Virus record (IMG/VR): IMGVR_UViG_3300023245_000013
Source of the DNA: a virus
DNA length: 64,000 nt
Direction: 5' to 3' (one strand)
Shown: piece after piece, positions 10,078 to 18,324 of the stretch
Layout of the letters: each line of letters opens with the position of its first letter
How positions within the stretch are numbered: the first letter of the stretch is position 1
Position numbers and translations under genes: made by a program
Notes under the pieces: model-generated
Seen by the model: the letters and a program-made list of their open reading frames with translations, nothing else
What the model was told of the DNA's origin: nothing
Database searches by the model: none

Positions 10078-10594
10078 CGTACTAGAGTTTGACGGGCAGA
10101 CAGTAAAGCTGGGTGGCGATGAGCTACCCAGCTTTTTACTGGCAAATCTATCAGAGAAAACATTTATCGACCCAGGAGTGACTGTAGCGGAGATAATGAA
10201 CTTAATGTTTCACATAAAGGACTTTATTGAAAATTATACTTGCGAGGATTACTATGTGGTGAACACCGTTTACTCCGCTATGGATATGTCTTTTTTTCAA
10301 GATGTTTCTAATATCACAGTCAGGAGAGAAATAGTTGTATCTCACGAAAATGAAGTAATAAATCCTTTTTTTGCAGACTTCACCCTCAAAGAAGGAGAAG
10401 AGCCTAGAAAGATGTTTCGAGACTTAACCTTAGATATAAACACGCGCTTTTCTATAAAGAACCACGACGGTGTCATTATTCTTTCAGACCTTAATCAGAG
10501 CTTTTCATTTTTAGAGTTGATAGTTTTCGTTTTCGATGAACTCTATTATACCGCAACGAGTAAGAGCGAAGATGCGACCCCAATAGAAATGTAA
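10055..10594 (+). CDS. hypothetical protein
   Basis: 179-aa ORF overlapping the clp stop. Confidence 0.55.
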   Translation: MLKIKPNNVLEFDGQTVKLGGDELPSFLLANLSEKTFIDPGVTVAEIMNLMFHIKDFIENYTCEDYYVVNTVYSAMDMSFFQDVSNITVRREIVVSHENEVINPFFADFTLKEGEEPRKMFRDLTLDINTRFSIKNHDGVIILSDLNQSFSFLELIVFVFDELYYTATSKSEDATPIEM

Positions 10595-11351
10595 ACACCA
10601 GACTCATAACCATCAACATTGTTGTTGGCAGATGGATAAAGTATCCTTTAAACAGTTCAAACGACTCGTGGCTATCGGCAGTTATTAGTAAGTAGTCAAA
10701 AGTCCCGTGATACATCATTCCTCCAAAAAAACCAATTAAGGGATAGAGAATCTTCCTAAACCCAGACTTAATGCTACCTACAGCAAAACCATAGCCCATA
10801 ATTAATCCTGCTATCATGTGTGAGGTGACTGAAAAAATACTACGTTGAGACATTAAATATTGAGTAGCAACATCTCCTTGAGCAGGAAGGAATCTCATGG
10901 CATAGGTAACATTTTCAAAAATTGCAAACCCCACAGCCACGCAACAACTATAAAACATGATTGCGAACAAAGAGTCCTTCTCTTTCCGTAGCTTGTGACG
11001 TCTAGGCAGTGAAGTAAGTTTAAAAGCTGCCCCCTTAATAATTTCTTCTAGCAAAGCAATTTGAATGAAAGCTAAACACACCCAACTCCACACGGTAGGA
11101 GAGTAGTTTACTTGCATTGTATTAAAATCAATCTCCACCAAATCTTTATTCACGAACATTAAGTCTTGAATATGTGGGAAAATAAACTGAATCATTTCTA
11201 CAAAAAAAATGGACACAAATCCGAAAAGGAGATATATGATAGATGATTTCCAGTTGATTAGTTTTCGACCAAAAAAGTAGATAAAACCCAAATAACTTAA
11301 CGCTGGGACAGTTGCTGCTAAAAACAAGTGTAGATTAGTATCTTCGAACAT
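10491..11351 (-). CDS. prsW: PrsW family intramembrane metalloprotease
   Basis: Multi-TM protein with ALLEEIIKG, AVGFAIFEN, HMIAG and HGTFD motifs. Confidence 0.8.
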   Translation of the reverse strand: MFEDTNLHLFLAATVPALSYLGFIYFFGRKLINWKSSIIYLLFGFVSIFFVEMIQFIFPHIQDLMFVNKDLVEIDFNTMQVNYSPTVWSWVCLAFIQIALLEEIIKGAAFKLTSLPRRHKLRKEKDSLFAIMFYSCCVAVGFAIFENVTYAMRFLPAQGDVATQYLMSQRSIFSVTSHMIAGLIMGYGFAVGSIKSGFRKILYPLIGFFGGMMYHGTFDYLLITADSHESFELFKGYFIHLPTTMLMVMSLVFTFLLGSHLRSYSLRYNRVHRKRKLSTLKMKSSD

Positions 11352-11354
11352 ACA

Positions 11355-11630
11355 TCAGTCTTGAAACTTTCTCAACTGAGCCACAAAAGCTTTTTCAACT
11401 TCTTTATCAACGCTTTCTGGAACAAACCCCTTGACAACGCCTGTCTTCTTTTTCCAATCATCGCCATCAATTTCAGACTCGTCTGTATAATAATCTAAAA
11501 TACTGTTGATAAGGCAAGCCATTTCAAGCATGCTTACTTCTCCCGATTCTTCTATTTGAAATTCCGTAGTCTGCGGAGTTTGTGGCGCATCAGGTGCGCT
11601 ATCTGGTTGTTCTTGCTTCTCGCTCATCAC
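11355..11630 (-). CDS. hypothetical acidic protein
   Basis: 91-aa ORF preceded by TATTTATA on its strand. Confidence 0.55.
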   Translation of the reverse strand: MMSEKQEQPDSAPDAPQTPQTTEFQIEESGEVSMLEMACLINSILDYYTDESEIDGDDWKKKTGVVKGFVPESVDKEVEKAFVAQLRKFQD

Positions 11631-11756
11631 TTTTCTTTTCTATAAATATGAATCTATAACGATAATATCTAAAGACTCATAAATTATTCCACCGCTGTAA
11701 TCTTTTAACCCTAATAGTCAGATAGTTATAAGAAAAGTATATTTTTTTTGCAATTA

Positions 11757-11790
11757 TGCTTGTGGTTTCCAAAAACATAATTATATTTGC
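11757..11790 (+). promoter_or_regulatory. Bacteroidota primary-sigma-type promoter
   Basis: TATATTTG (-7 box TAnnTTTG) with upstream TTG; precedes the ncRNA/Ro60 locus. Confidence 0.65.
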
Positions 11791-11894
11791 AGAGCGATTG
11801 AACGAGAGACGAGTTTCTAAAATTTGTCCCTATTTAATTTCACTGGTAGGAACAACGGTTCCGATTGCCATATTGAAATACAACTTAAGGTAAG

Positions 11895-11951
11895 AATGGT
11901 AAAGAGAGTTACTTCATTTCCACATTTAACAATTTTTTTCCAAAATATACC
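11895..11951 (+). ncRNA. GAGUUACUUC motif RNA copy 1 (degenerate)
   Basis: AGAGAGTTACTTC at 11903-11915, weak closing stem, ends ATATACC. Confidence 0.4.
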
Positions 11952-11968
11952 AAGAGTTTACGACTTTC

Positions 11969-12232
11969 AGAGTGTTGAGAGGTGTGAACGTTTTTGACGT
12001 TTCCTAGGGGTTACTTCAACTATAAACAAACAAGCAAACAGGCTTTTTTGGAATAGTCGAAAGACCGTTTCGAAAAGACCATAAACAGAAACCCAGACAC
12101 CAAGGATAGACTTGGATTTTCAGCCATTAATGAGCTGGTGACGGATTGGAACAGTACAATCACGATTACGGTAGACCGTATGACCGAAAGAGAAAGAACT
12201 TTCAACCTTATCACCCCCCTCTATTTTACCTC
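11969..12232 (+). ncRNA. GAGUUACUUC motif RNA copy 2 (long variable loop)
   Basis: AGTGTTGA-GAGG...GGGG-TTACTTC-(~195 nt)-CA-CCCCCCTC-TATTTTACC; GAGG/GGGG pair with CCCCCCTC. Confidence 0.65.
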
Positions 12233-12250
12233 GAACAGTTATTTGCCTTA

Positions 12251-12314
12251 CGGTGTTAAGGAGATGAGTTACTTCAACTACAAATAGAAAAACCACTCTC
12301 TCCAGGATTACCCG
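12251..12314 (+). ncRNA. GAGUUACUUC motif RNA copy 3 (candidate Y-like RNA)
   Basis: GGTGTTAA-GGAGATGAG-TTACTTC-loop-CA-CTCTCTCC-AGGATTACC directly upstream of the Ro60 gene. Confidence 0.7.
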
Positions 12315-12335
12315 ACCAAGGCATTATATTTTTCG

Positions 12336-12373
12336 AAAAAGCACCCTCTGCAAAGATGTGGTGCTTTTTTTTT
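12336..12373 (+). terminator. intrinsic terminator between the motif RNAs and Ro60
   Basis: AAAAAGCACC...GGTGCTTTTTTTTT. Confidence 0.6.
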
Positions 12374-12427
12374 ATGCGCCAAAAACAAAGAATTAATAGA
12401 ATAACAACAATTATAAACAACGACGAG

Positions 12428-13948
12428 ATGTCAAAATTTAACGAAAAATCAAAGGTAGAAATGACTACCAACAAAGCGGGAGGAGAGGCTTATAAGTCGA
12501 CTCCAGAGTTAGAGCTTGTGACGATTCTGTTGAACTCGTTTGTGTCTGATGACTTCTATTCGAAGGCAGGAGACCAAATAAAGGAGTTGACATCCGTTCT
12601 TAGCAAAGTGGACCCAGAGTTCGCAGCAAAGGCGGCTGTCTATGCCCGTAACGAGTTTGGAATGCGTTCTATCACCCACGTACTTGCGGGTGAAATCGCT
12701 AAGCACGCCTCAGGTAAGGCCTGGGCTAAAGAGTTTTACGCAGCTATTGTACGTCGTCCAGACGACATGACTGAGATTATGTCCTACTACTTCGGTAGAG
12801 AGGGTAAGAAAGCATCTTTGCCAAACGCGCTAAAGAAAGGTTTCAAGAAAGCTTTCGGAAAGTTCGATGCATACCAGCTTGCCAAGTACAGAGGAGACAA
12901 GAATGAAGTATCGCTTGTTGACGTTGTAAACTTGGTTCGTCCAAAAGGAACGGCTAGAAACGAGAAGGCACTTGCCGAGCTTGTTGCTGGAACCCTAAAG
13001 AGTGAAAACACTTTCGAGTCTAAGCTGTCCGCAGCTGGCCAGGGAGCGAAGACCTCTGAGGAGAAAGCCGCAAACAAAGCTGAGGCTTGGTCTGACTTGG
13101 TTATGTCAGGTAAGATTGGACAGTTTGCTCTTCTAAGAAACCTTAGAAACATCATCCAAGATGCTTCTGACGAGGTTCTTAACAAGGCATGCGAGCTGTT
13201 GACTACAGAGGCAAGAATTAAGAAGTCACTGATTCTTCCATTCAGATACATCACTGCACTCGACGAGATTACAGTGTTGACTGGAACAAAGTCTAAGAAA
13301 GTTCAAAGAGCGCTTAACACCGCCGTAGACCTAGCTTGTTCTAACATTCCAAAGTTTGATGGAAACACTGCAGTCGTAATTGACCTGTCAGGTTCTATGG
13401 ATTGCCCAATTGCTGGAGGTAAAACTTACAGGAATAAAGTGGCAGCTCTATTTGGAGCCATGATGGCCAAGGCTAGTGATGCTGATGTAATGTCGTTTGG
13501 AACACACGCAATGTACCTTCCAGTTAACGTGAATGACTCAGTAATGGGTATGGCAAACTGGATTGTTGATACAAACCAAGGCTACGGCAACGTTGGCAAG
13601 TACAGGGTTGGTCACGGAACGAACTTCCAAGACATCTTCGTTAAGATGAAGGCGAAATACGACCGTGTATTCATCTTCTCGGACATGCAAGCGTGGATGG
13701 AGTACAATACTCCAAAAACTCAGTTTGCAGCGTACAAGAAGAAGTACGGTGCTCAGGACTGTAAAGTTTACGAGTTCAACTTGGCTGCAAGCGGAAGCAT
13801 GCAGTTCCCAGAGAAGAACGTATTCGCGCTAAGAGGATTCTCTGAAAAGATTTTTGATGTCATTGACAATCTAGAAGTCGACAAAAGAGCGCTTATCAAC
13901 ACTATCAACAATTATGTTGATTTTGCTGAGCTTGCAACTAAGGAATAA
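12428..13948 (+). CDS. rsr: Ro60/Rsr TROVE-vWA RNA-binding protein
   Basis: NKAGGEAY, ARNEFGMRSI, YQLAKY, FALLRNLRNI, ILPFRYITA, vWA DLSGSM, GTNF and IFSDMQ; ATG 12428 preferred. Confidence 0.92.
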   Translation: MSKFNEKSKVEMTTNKAGGEAYKSTPELELVTILLNSFVSDDFYSKAGDQIKELTSVLSKVDPEFAAKAAVYARNEFGMRSITHVLAGEIAKHASGKAWAKEFYAAIVRRPDDMTEIMSYYFGREGKKASLPNALKKGFKKAFGKFDAYQLAKYRGDKNEVSLVDVVNLVRPKGTARNEKALAELVAGTLKSENTFESKLSAAGQGAKTSEEKAANKAEAWSDLVMSGKIGQFALLRNLRNIIQDASDEVLNKACELLTTEARIKKSLILPFRYITALDEITVLTGTKSKKVQRALNTAVDLACSNIPKFDGNTAVVIDLSGSMDCPIAGGKTYRNKVAALFGAMMAKASDADVMSFGTHAMYLPVNVNDSVMGMANWIVDTNQGYGNVGKYRVGHGTNFQDIFVKMKAKYDRVFIFSDMQAWMEYNTPKTQFAAYKKKYGAQDCKVYEFNLAASGSMQFPEKNVFALRGFSEKIFDVIDNLEVDKRALINTINNYVDFAELATKE

Positions 13949-14052
13949 GGGATAATAGTACTTGTGGCAAACGTGTATCCCCGAAAAACACATCGGTTCA
14001 CCTACGGGTGGATGCCAATCACTTAGGTCACACAAGGATTAAAAGCTTTTAG

Positions 14053-14086
14053 AAAACCCTGTCGATTAATTTTGGCAGGGTTTTCT
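14053..14086 (+). terminator. intrinsic terminator
   Basis: AAAACCCTGTC...GGCAGGGTTTT. Confidence 0.6.
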
Positions 14087-14119
14087 TTACTTTTACATCG
14101 ATGTAGAGTATTCTTCTTT

Positions 14120-14467
14120 ATGAGAAAAGGATATGTTTATCTAGTGCGACAAGGAGATACGGACCTATATAAAATAGGACACACATCTAACCACCCTAAA
14201 GCCAGGCTAGGAGAACTTCAAACTGGAAACCCAACCCAACTTCATCTAATAAACTACTATAGCACTTGTAATTACAAAGAGGTTGAGCAGTTGATGCATA
14301 TTTCAAAAACCGCCAATCATCATTGGAGAGAATGGTTTAGGTTTGACCTTTCAATAGAGGATGCTTTTTTAACTGAATGTAAAGAAAAAGAAGTTAGCGC
14401 CAACTTCTTAGTGGAGCGTAAAAAAGCCCAGTCGGATTGGGAAAAAACGCTTAGTAGAAAAATTTAA
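14120..14467 (+). CDS. GIY-YIG (T5orf172/MUG113-like) nuclease domain protein
   Basis: GYVYLV...YKIGHT...RLGELQTGNP...EWF. Confidence 0.8.
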   Translation: MRKGYVYLVRQGDTDLYKIGHTSNHPKARLGELQTGNPTQLHLINYYSTCNYKEVEQLMHISKTANHHWREWFRFDLSIEDAFLTECKEKEVSANFLVERKKAQSDWEKTLSRKI

Positions 14468-14916
14468 TCCACCTCTTCATCGTCCTGCGCATAATACTCG
14501 TCCTCATTAGGAGAGTCTGAATAATCATCGTGATATGTGTCAGCATCATCAAAGGTCGGCTTCCCTCCCCCAGGGTGCGAGTGGCCTCCATATGGCGGAT
14601 AATAACCTCCGCTAGGGTATTGAGCTTCGTGCTGGTAGTCATTTGATATTCCAGTTTGTTTATCCCTAAAAGCACCAATGCCTTTACCGCCAAGAACATA
14701 GAGTCCAAACGTACCTAAAGCCCATCTCAAGTTCTCAGACACCACAAGAAGTGTGTCTTTATCCTCTAGAGTATAATTCGTAATAGCACAAAATGCTAAA
14801 ATGACATTCAAGAGAAAAAAAACACCAAAGGAAACGAACAAGTAGATACGACCCTGGCTGTACTTTGTCCGCCCTTTACTGGTCTCAGTAAGCATGTCCT
14901 TTAGGATTCTGCTCAT
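14464..14916 (-). CDS. two-TM membrane protein with acidic tail (holin-like, unproven)
   Basis: Two hydrophobic segments followed by a Pro/Gly/Asp-rich C-terminus. Confidence 0.55.
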   Translation of the reverse strand: MSRILKDMLTETSKGRTKYSQGRIYLFVSFGVFFLLNVILAFCAITNYTLEDKDTLLVVSENLRWALGTFGLYVLGGKGIGAFRDKQTGISNDYQHEAQYPSGGYYPPYGGHSHPGGGKPTFDDADTYHDDYSDSPNEDEYYAQDDEEVD

Positions 14917-15182
14917 TTTTTATCTTGCGTTTTAAGCTTGTATGTAACCTTGTAATATGTGCTGTATAGCTGAGCAGCATTTAAAAACCACCAACCAACA
15001 GCTATTGCTGAGCCGCCTATTTTCCAACCAACACTTGGAAAATCTTTAATGCATGAGAAAATGGCATAAGTCACAAGTGCTGTAACAAGAACAAGTCTCC
15101 ATTTTTTAGACTTGCTCAAGAGTGTGAAGTCCCAGAAATCTTTTGTAAAAAGGTCTCGCCAGAATTGTTTAAAAGCTTTCAT
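14913..15182 (-). CDS. small membrane protein
   Basis: Two hydrophobic segments; coupled to the downstream gene. Confidence 0.55.
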   Translation of the reverse strand: MKAFKQFWRDLFTKDFWDFTLLSKSKKWRLVLVTALVTYAIFSCIKDFPSVGWKIGGSAIAVGWWFLNAAQLYSTYYKVTYKLKTQDKK

Positions 15183-15282
15183 GTATTTCGTTTTTAATAA
15201 ATAGCCTGTAAAGAAATAGTGGTTTCCAAACTATTGATTTATGTAACTTTTTTTATATATTACCGTATATATAAAAATCAAA

Positions 15283-15504
15283 ATGGAAAATCCAATTAAA
15301 GAAAACAGAATAATAAACGACAAAACATTTGCAAGACGACTTAAATCTCACTTACAAGAAACGAAAGCAAGCTGTGCAATGGGAGAAGAAGAAATTGAAT
15401 ATCTAAAAACAGTTGCGGAAAAACTATTAAGATATCAAATAGAAACTTCTCCGAAAGACGAGCAACAGTACCACTCAGACTGTGACGAAAAAACAAAATC
15501 TTAA
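15283..15504 (+). CDS. hypothetical protein
   Basis: Behind promoter motif at 15243. Confidence 0.6.
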   Translation: MENPIKENRIINDKTFARRLKSHLQETKASCAMGEEEIEYLKTVAEKLLRYQIETSPKDEQQYHSDCDEKTKS

Positions 15505-15558
15505 CTGTATCTTAGCATTTATTTTAAAGCTGCAATCAGCTAAAAACTTTTCCTCATT

Positions 15559-15768
15559 ATGAGAATAGAAAATATAAAAGAAGTTGAATCGGAAATAGAA
15601 AGATTTCTAAAAAGATTGAAAGAATTCAAAAAAAGTGATTCAAATAAACACCTTTTTGAAAAAAACCCCAAACATTCCTGGATTAGAGGAGACAAAACTT
15701 CTGGAGCCTTAAAAAGAGCGTCTTTAGACTTAACAAGGTCTTTATCTAAAATGAGAATCGATACCTAA
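15559..15768 (+). CDS. hypothetical protein
   Basis: 69-aa ORF, conserved-looking GALKRASLDLTRSL. Confidence 0.55.
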   Translation: MRIENIKEVESEIERFLKRLKEFKKSDSNKHLFEKNPKHSWIRGDKTSGALKRASLDLTRSLSKMRIDT

Positions 15769-15956
15769 CGCTGCATGACCAATAAAATTAAACAATTATT
15801 AATTGATTGTGCAAACTTCATACAGCCTTGGGATGATGGAGGCAATGAGGCTGAAAGATTAATAAAAAGAATAGACGAAGCCTTGAAGGAAGAGTAAAAT
15901 TACCAACAAACGCTATCTACCAGGAGCTCAAACCCTGGCAATGTGAATAAAATTAT

Positions 15957-16427
15957 ATGAAAAACTTAAGACCAATCATAGACATAGACATGGACCATTG
16001 TGCAGTTGATTTTGCGAAAGGTACATCAGAGTGGCGAAAAAGACATCCTGATGAACAGTTCCCACATTCACATTTGGATTTCTGGATTAATCTTGACCCT
16101 ATGTTTGGATTTATGGAGGCTTACGAAAAACTTAAAGACCACTACGACATTAAATTTCTGACAGCTCCTTCAATTCGAAACAATGCCTGTTGGACAGGAA
16201 AAGCAATGTGGGTCCAAAAACACTTTGGGGAATCATTTCTAAAAGAACTTACGATTACATCCTACAAAGGAAGACTCTCTGGAGCAGCGCTTGTTGATGA
16301 TGGAAACGAACACGGTCAGCCAGATTACGGTGGTGAACACATCCATTATGGCCACGATGAAAGATTTACAAACTGGAGTGACATAACATTACACCTACTA
16401 CAAAAAGCAAATGAGCGCAAAGAATAG
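15957..16427 (+). CDS. 5'(3')-deoxyribonucleotidase (NT5C/HAD family)
   Basis: IDIDMD, FWINLDPM, IKFLTAP, KAMWVQKHFG and LVDD motifs. Confidence 0.8.
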   Translation: MKNLRPIIDIDMDHCAVDFAKGTSEWRKRHPDEQFPHSHLDFWINLDPMFGFMEAYEKLKDHYDIKFLTAPSIRNNACWTGKAMWVQKHFGESFLKELTITSYKGRLSGAALVDDGNEHGQPDYGGEHIHYGHDERFTNWSDITLHLLQKANERKE

Positions 16428-16704
16428 ACCTAAATTCAAAGAGCTGGAATCAGCGTTGAATGAATTAAATCTCAAAACGGAGGCAACTACGGTTGTTGAT
16501 TTGAGGAAAAAAACCGCTGCGGCACTAGATGAAGCAGAAGCAAGCGCGAAAAACGACAAATCTTTCGCGGAAGTGTTAAAGAAAAACATAGTTCCTTTGG
16601 GGTTGATTGCAGGAGCAGTCGCTCTATACTCCCTAGATAAGAGTGGTGGTGGATGGTTGTTATTCTTCCTACTCCTTCACGGGGTAAGCAATTATGATTG
16701 GTAA
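16411..16704 (+). CDS. hypothetical membrane protein
   Basis: C-terminal hydrophobic segments ending GWLLFFLLLH. Confidence 0.55.
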   Translation: MSAKNRPKFKELESALNELNLKTEATTVVDLRKKTAAALDEAEASAKNDKSFAEVLKKNIVPLGLIAGAVALYSLDKSGGGWLLFFLLLHGVSNYDW

Positions 16705-16923
16705 AAAACAAAGACGCATTGCTGCCAGTATTGCAGCTTCCTTTGTCAGGTACTTGTTAGCGGACTAGGAGCAGACAACACTGACGAAAAGAGTCCGTTC
16801 CGAGTATAAAAAAAGAAGAGGAGTTGCAATAAATACAGAATTTGAGAGTAATGATGAAATCTCTGAAAACACAAAGGGAATGGACTTCTCAGGGCTGTCG
16901 GATGATTTATTTTCAAAAAAAGA

Positions 16924-16954
16924 TTGAAATAAGTGAAACTTTTTTATATCTTTG
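16924..16954 (+). promoter_or_regulatory. Bacteroidota-type promoter ahead of the pth2/tRNA cluster
   Basis: TATCTTTG at 16947-16954 with upstream TTG. Confidence 0.6.
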
Positions 16955-17063
16955 TCGTAGATTGTATTGAGAGCCAACTCTACAGCCTGACAAAATGACA
17001 TCTAATATCAGATGGCACGGAAGTTGAAGAAGTAGGTTCAGAAACAAACAAAAAATAAGAGTC

Positions 17064-17483
17064 ATGAAAAAAGCATTAGACAACCAGTAAGTACACCCTT
17101 CTACAGAGAAGAAAAACTTAAAGCTTTACATCGTCGTAAGACGAGACCTCGCTCCTGGAGCGCAGGCAACTCAAGGAATGCATTCATTCCACGTATTCAA
17201 TCAAGAATACACAGCCATTTATGAAAAATGGTTATCGAATCCATATTTAGGATTCTTATCAGTCAAAGACGAGCAAGAACTCATCGAGCTCCGAGACAAA
17301 CTCACGCAAAAAGGTATTAATTTCAGTTCCTTCCAGGAGCCTGACCTCGACAACCAGTTCACGTCTATTACCGTAGAACCAGGGAAAGAATCTGCCCGTT
17401 GGTTATCTAGTCTACCACTTGCTTTCAAAGAATTTACGAATCAACCAACTCTCAAGAGTTGTAATTGTAAAGAAGCCGCATGA
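17064..17483 (+). CDS. Pth2-like peptidyl-tRNA hydrolase with in-frame TAA at codon 9
   Basis: MKKALDNQ*VHPSTEKKNL-KLYIVVRRDLAPGAQATQGMH...VKDEQELIEL...FQEPDLDNQFTSI...LSSLPL; the Pth2 first strand lies upstream of the next ATG (17178), so only ATG 17064 covers the domain. Confidence 0.7.
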
Positions 17484-17504
17484 TGATGCAGGTTTCCATA
17501 TCAC

Positions 17505-17551
17505 GGTGCGAGAGCTTTTGGCTCATGGGACATTCGATTGTCCCCGCACCA
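17505..17551 (+). ncRNA. anticodon-less mini-tRNA, type A1
   Basis: GGTGCG/CGCACC acceptor, one hairpin GAGC/GCTC, T-like arm GGGAC-ATTCGATT-GTCCC. Confidence 0.65.
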
Positions 17552-17555
17552 CTAC

Positions 17556-17604
17556 GGCGGATGCATAAGCACCAGTTCAGGTTAAAGTCCTGAATCCGCC
17601 ACCA
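17556..17604 (+). ncRNA. anticodon-less mini-tRNA, type B1
   Basis: GGCGGAT/ATCCGCC acceptor plus ACCA, GCATAAGCAC linker, T-like arm TCAGG-TTAAAGT-CCTGA. Confidence 0.7.
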
Positions 17605-17678
17605 GACGGGATAGCTCAGCGGTTAGAGCACCAGGCCTTAAAAACCTGGGGACGAGAGTTCGAATCTTTCTCCTGTCA
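17605..17678 (+). tRNA. atypical tRNA with 9-nt anticodon loop CCUUAAAAA (UUA or UAA reading)
   Basis: Acceptor GACGGGA/TCCTGTC, canonical D arm, CCAGG/CCTGG stem, short variable loop, GTTCGAAT T loop. Confidence 0.8.
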
Positions 17679-17714
17679 CAACAAAAGTTCATTGACGTGT
17701 TGGAATTTAAAAAA

Positions 17715-17768
17715 GGCGTGAGAGTCCATTAGGGATTCGCGGGAGATTCGTTTCTTCCCACGCCACCA
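17715..17768 (+). ncRNA. anticodon-less mini-tRNA, type A2
   Basis: GGCGTG/CACGCC plus ACCA, hairpin GAGTCC/GGATTC, T-like arm GGGAG-ATTCGTTT-CTTCC. Confidence 0.7.
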
Positions 17769-17769
17769 C

Positions 17770-17815
17770 GGCCCCTGCATTAGCACTAGAGGAAGAGAAA
17801 GTCTTCCTGGGGCCT
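17770..17815 (+). ncRNA. anticodon-less mini-tRNA, type B2
   Basis: GGCCCC/GGGGCC, GCATTAGCACTAG linker, AGGAAG-AGAAAGT-CTTCCT. Confidence 0.65.
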
Positions 17816-17818
17816 CTT

Positions 17819-17898
17819 GGTGAGGTAGCTCAGTTGGTTCAGAGCACCAGGCTTTAAAACCCTGGAGGTCGAAGGTTCAAGTCCTTCCCTCACCACCA
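17819..17898 (+). tRNA. atypical tRNA with 9-nt anticodon loop CUUUAAAAC (UUA or UAA reading)
   Basis: GGTGAGG/CCTCACC plus ACCA, canonical D and T arms, CCAGG/CCTGG stem. Confidence 0.8.
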
Positions 17899-17899
17899 C

Positions 17900-17945
17900 G
17901 CCGCTTGCATTAGCACTAGAATAGGTGAGATTCCTGTTAGCGGCA
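17900..17945 (+). ncRNA. anticodon-less mini-tRNA, type B3
   Basis: GCCGCT/AGCGGC, GCATTAGCACTAG linker, AATAGG-TGAGATT-CCTGTT. Confidence 0.65.
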
Positions 17946-17948
17946 CTT

Positions 17949-18091
17949 CCTGGAGTAGCTCAGTTGGTTAGAGCACCACCCTGATAAATGAGGAAAAGGA
18001 TTGAAACGCAACCTGCGTGGCCACAAGGGTTGTGAAGTAGAGAATTGGAATCGAACGGTGGGGGTCGGGGGTTCGAGCCCTTCCTCCAGGA
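17949..18091 (+). tRNA. tRNA-Ile(GAU) with ~69-nt insertion at the 3' side of the anticodon loop
   Basis: CCTGGAG/CTCCAGG, D arm, CCACC-CTGATAA-[insert 17988-18056]-GGTGG, GGTTCGAGC T loop. Confidence 0.8.
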
Positions 18092-18097
18092 CAATTT

Positions 18098-18264
18098 CCT
18101 GCGATAGCTTAGATATGTTAAAGCACCACACTGATAATGTGGAAGACGAACCGAAAGGACTCAGTTCGGGATGCAAACACAAAAACTCACTTGCGTGGCC
18201 ACAAGAGTGAGTTAGTAGTTGATGTTGAAGAAATGATGGGGGGCAGAACCCTCTCGCGGGACCA
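18098..18264 (+). tRNA. tRNA-Ile(GAU) with ~89-nt insertion at the variable loop/T-stem junction
   Basis: CCTGCGA/TCGCGGG plus ACCA, CCACA-CTGATAA-TGTGG, insert ~18149-18237, non-canonical T loop GGCAGAA. Confidence 0.7.
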
Positions 18265-18324
18265 TTATAATGAGCAGTGAGATGCTTGGGGAGGCGCTGT
18301 TCTCATAAACAACTTCCCCCACAT

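Noticed and set aside
16995-17027. Third attenuator leader (MTSNIRWHGS) ahead of the pth2/tRNA cluster
   Set aside because: No downstream terminator/antiterminator pair is visible and the codons do not match the cluster.
17988-18237. Group I or II introns in the tRNA-Ile genes
   Set aside because: Inserts of about 70-90 nt are too short and lack P7 or domain V motifs.
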